Part shown: positions 53,037-64,000 of the stretch, one piece after another
Position numbering within the stretch: position 1 is the stretch's first letter
Layout of the letters: each line of letters opens with the position of its first letter
Origin: Eledone cirrhosa
Taxonomy: Eukaryota
Reading direction: 5' to 3'
Assembly (NCBI GenBank): GCA_964016885.1
Contig: OZ024746.1
Coordinates: 69,006,001-69,070,000 of the forward strand
DNA: 64,000 nucleotides
Translations under genes and position numbers: made by a program
The notes under the pieces: generated by a model
Databases searched by the model: none
What the model saw: the letters and a program-made list of their open reading frames with translations, nothing else
Told to the model about the DNA's origin: nothing

Positions 53037-56000
53037 TCCTTTATAATGGCTAAGTGGTGAGTCTTGTTACTCCAGAGAGTTTCGCCGGTCAAACCCCAGA
53101 ACACGGCAACCTGTCAAACCCATTTGCAGGCATGGAAACTAGACATAAAAAGGTGGTGTTGATAATACACATACATCTGTTGGTGCAGGGGATAAAAGCA
53201 AGTAGAACACTCCTACAAACAGTTTTGGTTTTATTTGGGCCAATGAAAAGTCAGTATTTTGTTAGTTATTTTGGCTATATAAATAAAGCACAAGCTTGTG
53301 TCATTCTCTTTAGTTTAGCCTTGATAAAACAGTAGCAAGCTGTTGCAGCAGAATATAATGAAAACAGATTCACCAGTTTGTACAATCAGATTTCAGCAAT
53401 CTAATTACAAGCCACGTTTTAGCTAAACAAGCAATCAATTTACTGAATGTCACATCAGTTTCTGTACCAATATATTATATACACTCGATATAAGCCAATG
53501 CGAATAAAAGCACCCCCCTTCATTGTATGTCTAAAAAATGGGCAAAAATTCTAAAAGGTACAAAGTAATAATTAGTTTCTAAATTAGCTACTAAATTTTC
53601 AATTTGGTGATATTACATTATTTGGTGGGCTTATAAAACCATTAGTTATGTATTTTTTTGTGGGCAGAAGAAGGTGTACATGATCACTGAAGCAGATTCC
53701 AATTACAGTCAAACATTGAGAACCAATCATTCATCTGTCTTCTGTCCACAGAGAAATATGTAAAAGGACATGTTTATATTTGTAAGTGTATTAATTTACA
53801 CATTTGTGTTAGTTCAGTTATATCACATATAGATATATTTATGTACAGATGTGTATTTAATGTAACAACTAAAACATCACATGGTCAATACTTAATGTAA
53901 CAATTAAACACATGACATGGTCAAAGACTTAACCCTTTTTTATTACATACATTACTCTATATTTACTATTGTATTTTCATGGTAAACACTTTATTTCACA
54001 TATCAAATTTTGATGATGTTATTTATTTTGAGAACAATACCTTAACATAAGTATGAGCAGCTGGTTATGGCCAGTTTGAACAGAAAGGGGTGAGATAATT
54101 TTGGCCGGATACAGCCGGTTTAAATGCTAAAGGGTTAATGTAACAACTAAACACATGACATAGCAAAGACTTACTTGACTTTTGATCTCTTGAATTTCTT
54201 GTATTTTCTCCACTATTTCTTCTTTCACTGCATCACATTCTTCTTCCTTCTGCTTCACTGCCACCCCACTTACCACAGCATCTATCTCTTCTATGGATTC
54301 TATGTCTTTCCCTGTTTAATATATCATATCCTATGAAATATTAGTTGTTGGCTGGAAGGGTTATATTGTTTATTGTTCAAGGGTTATATTGTTTATTGGT
54401 CAAACCTATGGTCAAAGGTTTTCAAAAGTTTTCCAGGTATGACCACCTGACCACCACTGCAAAGCCTGAAGAATTCAAATGATAACGTGGGCACTGACTG
54501 CCATGTTACTTTTGAAAACCCCAGAAAAAGAGCTGACTACACACACACACACATACACATTGAACCACATGTATTTAGTATGAACATTCTGTAGCATCAA
54601 CCATTAGTGCCAACATGATTTGATGAAATTGTCGTCCTGTATTGAAGTAATAGATGTTTACAATGTTAATGAAGTGTTGTTATTCTTTTATATATTTGTC
54701 CTTGTTTCAACACCTTATCCCTTCCACACCAACATATACAAACATTTAATCTCACTTCAAGTCGGCCATTAAAAAGACACACGCAGGGACTATTTTAGGA
54801 CAATAGGGTGTGACTGGAGGAAGATTTGACTGTTGTTGTTGACAGATTGAGGAACAGAGTAGACACTCTCTCACTGGCTCAATTTAGTCTTTGTATCTTC
54901 CTTCTTTCTTTTTACATGTAACTCTTGGTGGAGTCATAGGGCATTTGTAAACCTGGCAGAGCTCATCTCCTCTCCAGGTCTGAACACAGCAGATTTCTTT
55001 CAGAGTAAGGAAAGAGAGTGAGAAATAGATATAAAGAGTGAATCGACCCCCAGTACCAAACTGGTACTTTTTTTATCAACCTTGAAAGGATGAAAAGCGA
55101 AGTTGACTTCGGCGGGATTTGAACTTAGAGACCAGAAAACCAGAACAAATACTGCTAAGCATTCTATCTGATATACTAACTACTCAGTCAATTTGCTACC
55201 TATTATATTTGTATTACACTAAAGAAAATATTGAATACCAAATGTTTGAATAAAGGAATCCTGTTGTATTTTACAGATCATATTACACGATATTTAAAAT
55301 AACATTATCATTGTCCTTGATCCTCAGGCAAGCCTTGGCCAAACAAACCTATCATCAAATGCACTTCAGCTGTTACAATAACATTTGTTTTTTTCTAGAC
55401 ATAGTGTATCTTGGACTATATCATCCAATATTTCCTTTCTTTTTTTTTTTTAGCTAACAAGCTTTCATTTGAGAGAGATTAGACTGCCAGTTCTGATGGG
55501 GCAAGCAACCTTATAAAGTCTTTATTATTATTATTATTTGGATTGGCAGTATCAGTAGAGAGTCGGACACCATGCTTTGAAGCATAGAGTTACGCCCCTT
55601 TGTGATCTGAGTTCAAATCTCGCCGAGGTTAACTTTGCCTTTCATCCTTACGGGGTCGATAAAATAAAGTACCAGTAATGTACTGGGTAATTGCTGGCCT
55701 TGTGCCAAAAGTAGAAACTATTATTATTATATATAGGCAACAAGTAAAAAAAACTCAATGGGCATACATAGTTTTGATGCAATACCAATGCCCAGACCAA
55801 GGAAACAATGTTTCCATAGGTATTCTATTGCTGGTACTATCTACTGGTTGCAACTCCTGGCAGAAAGAACAACGAAAAATAAAGTGTCGGCCAGTCCAGG
55901 AATCAAACTCGCAACCTCACAATTGCAGATCCAATTCTCTAATCACTAAGCCACATGCACACAATGCATGTAGAGAAAGAATAACAAACATAGCATAAAA

Positions 56001-59000
56001 GAAGAATAAAAATCTCACATTTTTCTCTTAGAGACTCAACAAGTAATTTCTGTTTCTGTAAGTTTAAATCATCTTCCTGATTACTCCATAATTGGTTTAC
56101 CTTCAATTTATGTTCCAGCATCATTTTATTACTTCGTTTAATAAGCCTGAATGAGATGAGATAGGAAAGAAAAATCAAAATGAAATGAAAGCTTGGTACT
56201 TTAGAAGACATTTCTTTAGGATTGCTCACTCTGAAAGAACTAGCTATATGATCTACCTTAACACTTTTTATACCAACACACACTATCTTCCAACTGATTT
56301 TATGAAACAAATCATCATCATCATCATAATCTATAAAGCTCAGTGTGTGGTCATGCTCCTTCGTTATAGAAATCTACGATATAGAATTTCTTCAATTGAA
56401 ATTTACAATTCAGTATTCGAAATAGTTTCGATTGCGTCTTGACGCAGATAATTTTTTCAATTTCACCCACAATTACGCAAAAAATAGATCAAACTCAATA
56501 TTTTACGATTTTTCTCTCTCATTTAAACTGCTGAAATCTTTCTACTACCATTCAAAATCTATACAACTTCATACTTTCTGCTACTTTCTCTTTCCAAGCT
56601 TGATGGTGATACTGTCCGTTCACACCACTCCCTACTGTCTTAAATTTAGAAAACACATATCCTCTATGAGGTTACTAAACCTGCTAGAAACAGCAGCTAA
56701 CTCTCCCCCATATCACACCCCTCCCCACACCACTCCCTACTGTCTTAAATTTAGAAAACACACAGACAACCATGCAGAACAACTCCATCACAGCTCTGTT
56801 GTTCGGCTGGCATTGTCTACGCGCGTGTTGCGCAAGTACTGTGAAACAATAAATTTCAACACTTTTTTGCACAGAGATAATATCCATAGGCGAAACTACA
56901 ATTGTCACTGCTGGCGCAGCTCATGATTCCAGGTCTGCAATTCATTCACCCAGTGCCTGGCAGACAAAAAAGTGCTGCCATAAAATGGGTGGTGCAACCT
57001 AACTTTGGTAACTTAATGACCCCGAGCAACGCCGGGCTTTAATGCTAGTTTGTTATAAAGGGTATCTATTGAAATTAAAGTCCTCCAATATAATTTGATA
57101 TGAAAACCTCTTGCTAAGTTATGTAACAAATACCATCTTAATAATTAATTAATAATTTTAGTAAATCCCTCCAGACTCTTCATTAATCCTTTAACATTCA
57201 CATTACTCTATATTTACTATTGTATTTTCACAGTAAAGGCTTTACCTCACATAATTATCTCACATAATATCAAATCTATGAGATTTTGATATTATTTATT
57301 TTGAGAACAATACTTTAGCATTAGTATGAGCAGCTGGTTATGGCTGGTTTAAACAGAAAGAGGTGAGAGAATTCTGGCCAGATATGGCTGGTTTAAATGC
57401 TAAAGGATTATTTAATTCAAATACAGTGTCATCATCGTCTTTGTCTTCGTCTTCTTCTTTGTGGATGTTGTTGTTGCTGTTGATGTTTAGCATCACACCA
57501 ATCTTGATCATACCAAACTATGATCAAAGCCATTCCAGCCATGAAATTACTGTATTTTTCTCTTTTCAGACACAGTGTATCTAAGACTACATTATTAAAT
57601 GTGTTTTCTTTCCTTTTTTAAGTGCTAAGAAATCCCAGTGGAAGGGAACTGCAGTGGAGGAAAACCAAAGAAAATGTGGGCAGAGATAGCTGAGAAAAAA
57701 GTTGGATATAAGAGGAATCAGATGTAGTGTGTAAGAGAGAAGACTGTGCTGGTATGGACATATGATGCATATGGATAATGATCTTTTGGTGAAGAAGTGT
57801 CATGAAATCCTGTGGAAGGGAGCTGCAGTAAAGGGAGACCAAGGAAGACCTGGGTAGAGTTTGTGAGAGCTCACAGAGGACATGGTGAAGGAACAAAATG
57901 AGTGGATTGATGCTGTGGGGGAAAAGACCAATGAGGCAGCAGACTAAAATGGTGAATATGATGATGGTGCAGCATGTGATATGTGAGAGATTCGACTGCT
58001 ATTTCTAGCAAGTTAAGCATCTACGTAGCAGCTTCCTTGCTTGATTGTGGAGGTGTAATTCTTGAACCTACCTTACTTCACTTACATTATTTACACCCTT
58101 TGGAAATACACAAATGTTCCATTTATATAATTTATTTTCCCTTGTTATAGACTATGAATAATTTTCTCTCGTCAACATTTATAAATTTGAAAACAAAAAC
58201 CTTCTACCTTGATGCCAACAATGATTTCTAATCTAGACACAAGGCTAGCAATTTGTGGGGAGGGGTAGTCAATTATACCAACCCCCAGTATTTGACTGGT
58301 ACTTCATTTTACTGACCCCAGAAGGATTAAAGGCTATGCTGACCTCAGCTGGATTTGAATTCTGAACATAGAGACATAACTGAATGCTGCCTGACACTTT
58401 ACTGATTATGCACATCCACTCCCCTCCTTCATGCCAATAATAAAAAATGGATATAAACATTTTTTAAAAAAAATTACTTGGAATGAGGAGTTCATGTTTC
58501 TGGTAAGGGATTTCTCAAGAACTAAATAAAAATATCTGTATATAACACATCATATAATGTGGCTCTGTGATTAAAACATTGGCTCCACAACTACAGGGTT
58601 TGGGGTTTTATATCACTGTATGGCACTATGGGCAAGTTTCTTCTACTATAGCCTGATTAACCAGCTGTCACCATCATCATCATTTCCATCTTGGCATAGG
58701 TTAGATATGACCTTTTTCAGGCAGTTTTCTGCAGTTAGATGCCATTACCTGCTGCAAACTCTTAAATATTTTTATTTTTAAAATAATAAGGTATAGATTT
58801 TCACACATAGAACTGCTGAGCCTTAAGACATTTGTATATGCAGGACATAAACTAAGGTCATTTCCTGCCTTAGGGGTGTTGAATTTGAGGCAAAGACATG
58901 GAAAGAAACACACAGAAACCTACCTTACTGTCTTAGAAAAAGAAGAACACATTGAATAATGTAGTCCAGAATAGACTATTCCAGAAAATAAAATAGGATA

Positions 59001-61549
59001 GTCATACATGATAAATGCACCCAGTACACTCTGTAAAGGGATTGGTGATATGAAAATCATCCAGCTGTAGAAAACTTGCCAAAAAAAAGGGTCAGGTGGT
59101 CTCTTGAGTTATATCAGACATGACAACCTCCTTAGTGCTGGTGCCATGATAATATGCACTTGGTTGAATGTGAGAATGACTTGTAAGTAAGATGTAGGCC
59201 CCTGACCTACCTAAGCACTCTGTAGTGTGTGGGAACATAAGTGAGATTGAAGCCTTTGATCCATCTGAAAGGTTAGTGGCCCTAGTTGACAGCTGACTCG
59301 GTCTGTGACAACTCCTCCAACCATTACTAACTGGGGAAACATGATGATGATGATGGTAATGGTGGCAGTGGTGATGATGATGGTGGTGGTAGTGGTGGTG
59401 GTGGTGGTGGTAGTGGTGGCTTGAAAGTTTTAATAATTAGTCTTCTCAGTTATACTAGACTTTGAGCTAAATAACAACAACAACAACTACAACAGTATGG
59501 AGTGGGGGAAATAAAAATAGAACAACCAAAAATAAACAATTACTCTTTTTCTTCTGCAACAAGTTTTGTTTGAAGTATTGTTGCCATTTGTACATTTTGA
59601 CACATTGTTAACAGATCAGAAGTTTCTACGAAAAGAAAGAAGAAAATGTAAAATTTACAAAAATACCAAAAGGCAAGATTTTATGGTTTCAGAAAACACA
59701 CACACAAATACACACTCACACACAAACACACAAACGCACTCACACACACATAAAACACACACACAGTATTTTGTCTGACCCTCTAATGATTCTGCCAATA
59801 ATTGTTCCTACATTTTGCATAAGGTCAGAAACTTGATTAAATTGACCCAGTGTGTTACTGGTAGTTTATTTATTGACCCCTGTAAGGATGAAAGGCAAAA
59901 CTAACTTTGAACTCAGAACTTAAAGGGCCATAATTCTATGCTGCAAAGCATGCCCAACACTCTACCGAGACTGCCAATCCTCCGCTTTCATTTTGTCAAT
60001 AATTGTTTCTACTTTAGGCACAAGGCCAGCAATTACCCAGTGCATTACTGGTACTTTATTTTATCGACCCCGTAAGGATGAAAGGCAAAGTTAACCTCGG
60101 CAGGATTTGAACTCAGATCATAAAGGGACGTAACTATGCTGGAAAGCATGGCGTCCGACGCTCTACTGATACCGCCAATAGATTATTTCTATTGGGCAAC
60201 TCAAATATCTTCCTATATTAATATTGTGTTGCTTAGACAGAGAAGAAGGGGTAGTGTCCATGACCCTTTAAAGGGTCACAGAAACTGATCAAAGAAGTTA
60301 TATTTAGACTAAAGCCCTGGCATGAATACTTGCAACAGAGGTGACTCTGCTAAAGGCACCTAAAAACCAGGTAAAATTTATTATGCAACATAGCAAGTTT
60401 GCCAAACAAAGTGTTGGAAGGACCTTCAGTTGTGTCAAAGATGACAACCTTTTTGGTGCCGATGCCACAATAAAATGCATTTGCTAGAACATGGGAGCAT
60501 ATGGAAGCAAAATGCAGATCTCCAGCCTGTCTGCGAGGTCAGTATCCTTGTTTCAGTATTGACTCAGTCTATGAAGATCCGTCCAAATCTTACTAGCAGG
60601 GAAAATAGACATTAAATGATGATGATGATAGCAAGAAAGTGACTAAAACATGTGCATTGTTTCAACATTTAACCCTTTAGCATTTAAACAGGCCATATCC
60701 GGCCAGAATTCTCTCACTTCTTTCTGTTAAAACCAGCTGTAACCAACCACTAATACTGATGTTAAGGTATGGTTCTCAAAATGAATAACATGAAAATCTC
60801 ATAGATTCAATATTATGTGAGACAAAGCCTTTACCATAAAAATGCAATAGTATATAGAGAGTATATAAAGAATTAAGGTTTTTTATGATAAAACATCAAG
60901 GATGAATAAAAAGAAGAAAAGGAGAAAATAGTATAACTTACCTTTGTCTAGTTTGGTGCATTCATGTAACTTTTTCTGGGTTTCACACTGATTGATCTGT
61001 TGAGTCAGTCCTGACATCATTCTTATATTCGCATCATAATTCTCTTTGGCTGAATTTCATCCCAGTTAAGAAAAAATCAAAGAGGGGAGGAAAAAGAATA
61101 GTACATACTGTGATAACACCACTGTTGTATAGATTTAACCCATTTATGCTCAGAATAATAACTAGCAATTATAGATCCTTCTATTATAATGATTTTTATC
61201 AATAATATAGATTTATGAATTGAGTTTTGAGGCATTTTTTTAAAGCATTGTGAAAATATATTAATTTTAAATGATTATACACTTTGTTTGGGCTTTCAAT
61301 AATTTAAAATTAATAATATAGATGTAAGAAAATTAATAGAAACACTTAAAAATAGACATTTTTTACTTTATATGATGGTTATATATTATGTAATCTATAA
61401 CAATATTCTATTAAGGTCTACATATGTAACACTTAAATGATTGAAAGAAATCAAAGACATAATCTAATATAGATACATTTACACTGTATATTATTCATAA
61501 GGCATTTGACTAGTGAATAAGTATTTTAAATGAAGTATTATATATATAT

Positions 61550-61593
<44 letters not shown>

Positions 61594-63267
61594 ATATACA
61601 CGGGTGTGTATGATTGTGTATAGCAGATTATATTAATAAAAGGAATTCCAACTTTGTCTGATTTACTCGTTTTATTTACAATCCTTTATATATATATATA
61701 TACATATATATATGCATATATATATACATGGGAAAATGAAATTTCATTTCTCACTCTTAGTGTTGAACAAAATGGCAATGATAGTTGCTAAACACTGTAC
61801 GGCTTAATTCGGGCTGTTTGTTTACAAACAAACCGAACATTATAACAAATGTTCGGTAAACCCATACGTACATATATATATGTGTGCATGTATGTATGTA
61901 TATACATACTACTGTACGTCTGTATACATATATGTATGTACGTATACATACTTATATATATATATACATATATATATATAAGTATGTATAAGAAATGTCA
62001 GTTCAAGAAATGACAAGACAAACACAGAGGTGTAAAAACACAAAATCACGCTTAGGAAGAAATAGGTTTGACGTTTTGGACATAAGTCCCTTTTCAGGAA
62101 ATGGAGAATTGAGAGAGAGAGTTGGAGTCTGGTAAAAAAGCAATTTAAGAAGGCTGTGGGTGGTAGGAGAGTAGCCCGGCATTTGGGAGTGGAGACCAAG
62201 GTGGAGAGTTCAGGTGGGTCATGGGTGTTGTTGGAAAATAACCAAAGATTTCACTCAATTCAAATGTATTTTTCTACGATAATTTCAATTCATGAAGATA
62301 AATTTATAATTAATTAATAATTAAATGGTTAATTAATCATATTAATGATGTGATCCCCTTAAACAATACACAGTGATTAATCACCAAAATCTCATCTGGA
62401 AAAACAACATTTTTGGTGATGAATCACTGTGTATTGTTTAAGGTGATCACATTATTAATATGATTAATTAACCATTTAATTATTAATCAATTATAAATTT
62501 ATCTTCATGAATTGAAATGTTCGTAGAAAAATAAATGTTTTGAATTAAGTGAAATCTTCGGTTATTTCTTTAAAGCCCATAATAATAATTGTTTCTACTT
62601 TAGGCACAAGGCCAGCAATTTTGGGGGAGGGGAAAGTGTCGATTAAATCGACCCCAGTGTATTACTGGTGTTTTATTTTATTGACCCTGTAAAGATGAAA
62701 GACAAAGTAACCTTGACAGGATTTGAACTCAGAACGTAAAGGGCCATAACTCTATGCTGCAATGCATGATGTTTGACGCTCTACCAATACGGCCAATACA
62801 CCGCCCTAAAGTCCATACTAATAATTATTTCTACTTTTGGCACAAGGCCAGCAATTATCCCAGTGTATTACTGGTACTTTATTTTATCGACCCCCGTAAG
62901 GATGAAAGGCAAAGTTTACCTCGGCGAGATTTGAACTCAGATCGTAAAGGGACGTAACTCTATGCTGCAACGCATGGCATCCAATCCTCTACCGATACTG
63001 CCAATCCACCGTCCATACTACTAGTAATAATGATTTCTACTATAGGCACAAGGCCAGCAATTTGGCAAGAGGGGAAAGTTGATTAAATCGACCCCAGTGT
63101 ATTACTGGTACTTTATTTTATCAACCCCGTAAGAATGAAAGGCAAAGCTAACTTTGGGGGATTTGAACTCAGAACGTAAAGGGACGTAACTCTATGTCGC
63201 GAATCATGTTGTCCAACGCTCTACCAATAATAATAATAATAAAAATGTTACCTTGTGTCAGCTGTGC
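49860..63267 (-). CDS. CCDC122: Multi-exon coiled-coil protein gene, 3' part (tentatively CCDC122-like); 5' exons lie beyond the window
   Basis: Seven AG/GT-bounded, phase-compatible exons give one open frame AQLTQAKENYDANIRMMSGLTQQINQCETQKKLHECTKLDKETSDLL..EEKELIKRSNKMMLEHK..LREKWKDIES..KSQVEQLKGESQQIELTISVLHKRNKAQLIRLKKQ..; the I.V.HKR..A.L.RL..Q pattern recalls the CCDC122 C-terminus (identity from memory, unverified). Confidence 0.6.
50253..50916. mobile_element. Fold-back MITE with ~290-bp TIRs and 8-bp TSD (Merlin/Mutator-like)
   Basis: 50253-50540 inverted to 50626-50916; TIR starts GG; TAGAGTTG on both flanks. Confidence 0.88.
50960..51514 (+). mobile_element. Tigger/pogo-like MITE with nested Nin-like SINE
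   Basis: TIRs gtggaaccttggttca / tgaaccaaggttccactg|TA; SINE 51263-51473 flanked by TSD ccttcaataatga. Confidence 0.75.
52091..52147 (-). CDS. Coiled-coil gene exon (57 nt, phase 0/0)
   Basis: ttttaccag|VEQLKGESQQIELTISVLH|gtaaaa. Confidence 0.78.
52191..52535 (+). mobile_element. tRNA-derived CORE-like SINE with RTE-type 3' tail
   Basis: tRNA-like head, ccttgagcaagacact core, ggttggtgttaggaagggcatcca shared with the RTE 3' UTR, (GAT)n end. Confidence 0.8.
53933..54134 (+). mobile_element. piggyBac-like MITE
   Basis: TTAA|CCCTTT ... TAAATGCTAAAGGG|TTAA. Confidence 0.75.
54175..54311 (-). CDS. Coiled-coil gene exon (137 nt, phase 1/0)
   Basis: aaacag|(W)KDIESIEEIDAVV..EIKSQ|gtaagt. Confidence 0.8.
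55538..55725 (+). mobile_element. Nin-like SINE
   Basis: Family motifs; (ATT)n on both sides. Confidence 0.82.
56019..56146 (-). CDS. Coiled-coil gene exon (128 nt, phase 2/1)
   Basis: ctcattcag|(E)LIKRSNKMMLEHK..ESLREK|gtgaga. Confidence 0.8.
56324..57048 (+). mobile_element. Non-autonomous Helitron, family B copy 2
   Basis: First ~280 bp match 28737-29012; same CCCGAGCAACGCCGGG hairpin and CTAG|T end. Confidence 0.75.
57187..57407 (+). mobile_element. piggyBac-like MITE
   Basis: Same family. Confidence 0.7.
59544..59625 (-). CDS. Coiled-coil gene exon (82 nt, phase 1/2)
   Basis: tctttcttttcgtag|(E)TSDLLTMCQNVQMATILQTKLVAEEK|gtaatt. Confidence 0.78.
59800..60178 (-). mobile_element. Tandem pair of Nin-like SINEs
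   Basis: Two head-to-tail copies. Confidence 0.8.
60673..60872 (-). mobile_element. piggyBac-like MITE (opposite orientation)
   Basis: ttaa|ccctttagcatttaaac..ggccatatccggccag, reverse complement of the family 3' end. Confidence 0.7.
60942..61049 (-). CDS. Coiled-coil gene exon (108 nt, phase 1/1)
   Basis: aattcag|(A)KENYDANIRMMSG..TKLDK|gtaagt. Confidence 0.75.
62066..62102 (-). ncRNA. Decayed minimal hammerhead in a pLTR-like remnant
   Basis: Reverse complement ttc-CTGAAAA-G-GGAC(ttat)GTCC-AAA-ACGT-C; G8A and G12A changes. Confidence 0.4.
62235..62568. repeat. AT-rich fold-back element (~155-bp arms, ~18-nt loop)
   Basis: aaataacc..atcaccaaaat inverted to attttggtgat..ggttattt. Confidence 0.85.
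62588..63225 (-). mobile_element. Three head-to-tail Nin-like SINEs
   Basis: Units start near 62588, 62823 and 63030. Confidence 0.85.
63252..63267 (-). CDS. Candidate 16-nt micro-exon of the coiled-coil gene
   Basis: tttttcttccaatag|GCACAGCTGACACAAG|gtaaca; phase fits the next exon. Confidence 0.55.
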
Positions 63268-63303
63268 CTATTGGAAGAAAAATTAGTCAATAGTTTTTAA
63301 GTA

Positions 63304-63334
<31 letters not shown>

Positions 63335-64000
63335 GTTTAACGTCCATCTTCCACGCTTGCATGGGTTTGGACGGGAGTTTTCCCACTTGAGACAAGATTT
63401 GTTGTCCTGTTCGTATAGGACTGGCTGGCGGGTTTTCTATGGCTGGATGCCTTTCCTAACACAAACCACGTTTACAGTGTGGACTGGGAGGTTTTTACCG
63501 TGTTACCTACACGGCCACATTACAGCGTGGACTGTGTGTTTTTTTGTCGTGACACCTACACGACCTCATTTGTTTCGGACTGGATGTTGTGGTACCAACA
63601 TAACTTCACATTTAAGGGGGTGGTGTGGATGGGGTGGGGGTAGTGGTACGGGGGGGGGGGGGGAAGATATTTTGTTAGAGGTGCTTACTGACTGTAGGTT
63701 TCGCTTTGTACTTAGGCAAGGCGAGTCTTCTGTATGACTGTGTAGCGCCAAAGATCTCAGTCCAGTGACATTGTCTTGGAGAGGTGTAAGTGTGTGAGGT
63801 CGGAATTTATCAAGTCGTCCCAGGTTTTTCTGGGTCTGCCTACTCCGTGGCTACCGTCTATTTTTATCGCCCTGCACTTTTTTATACAGCTGTCGTCTTT
63901 CATGCGCATCACGTGACTGTACCAACGTAGTCTTCTCTCGAGTAAACAACATCTGATCCCTCTTATTCCTAATTTCTCACTTAGTTCGTTTATGCTTTGC
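63304..64000 (-). mobile_element. 3' end of the same RTE LINE family, running off the window
   Basis: (GAT)n tail, 3' UTR and ORF end homologous to 13914-14590. Confidence 0.92.

Noticed and set aside
58478-58521. Extra exon of the coiled-coil gene
   Set aside because: It has AG/GT borders but exits in phase 0, whereas the next exon needs phase 2; exon 59544-59625 joins 56146 directly in frame

Overview
Eukaryotic, very AT-rich and repeat-dense genomic DNA. The SINE/LINE repertoire and huge (TA)n arrays suggest a coleoid cephalopod, probably Octopus (inference, not checked by search). The first ~35 kb is a nest of (TA)n microsatellite blocks. Between the blocks sit three partly coding Penelope-like elements (PLEs, GIY-YIG endonuclease), a 5'-truncated RTE LINE with a PHD-type finger inside its RT, CR1 fragments, Helitrons and several short non-coding palindromic modules. 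The right part holds a tRNA-Ser(GCT) gene and seven phase-compatible exons of a minus-strand coiled-coil gene (CCDC122-like) whose introns carry SINEs and MITEs. The most notable unannotated signal is a set of about eight sequence-distinct minimal type I hammerhead ribozyme motifs. Two have a U3-A8 covariant core and several have palindromic stem III. They occur at PLE 3' ends and in non-coding fold-back modules, almost all next to (TA)n tracts. Nearly all IY/YI-rich ORFs in the track are microsatellite artefacts.
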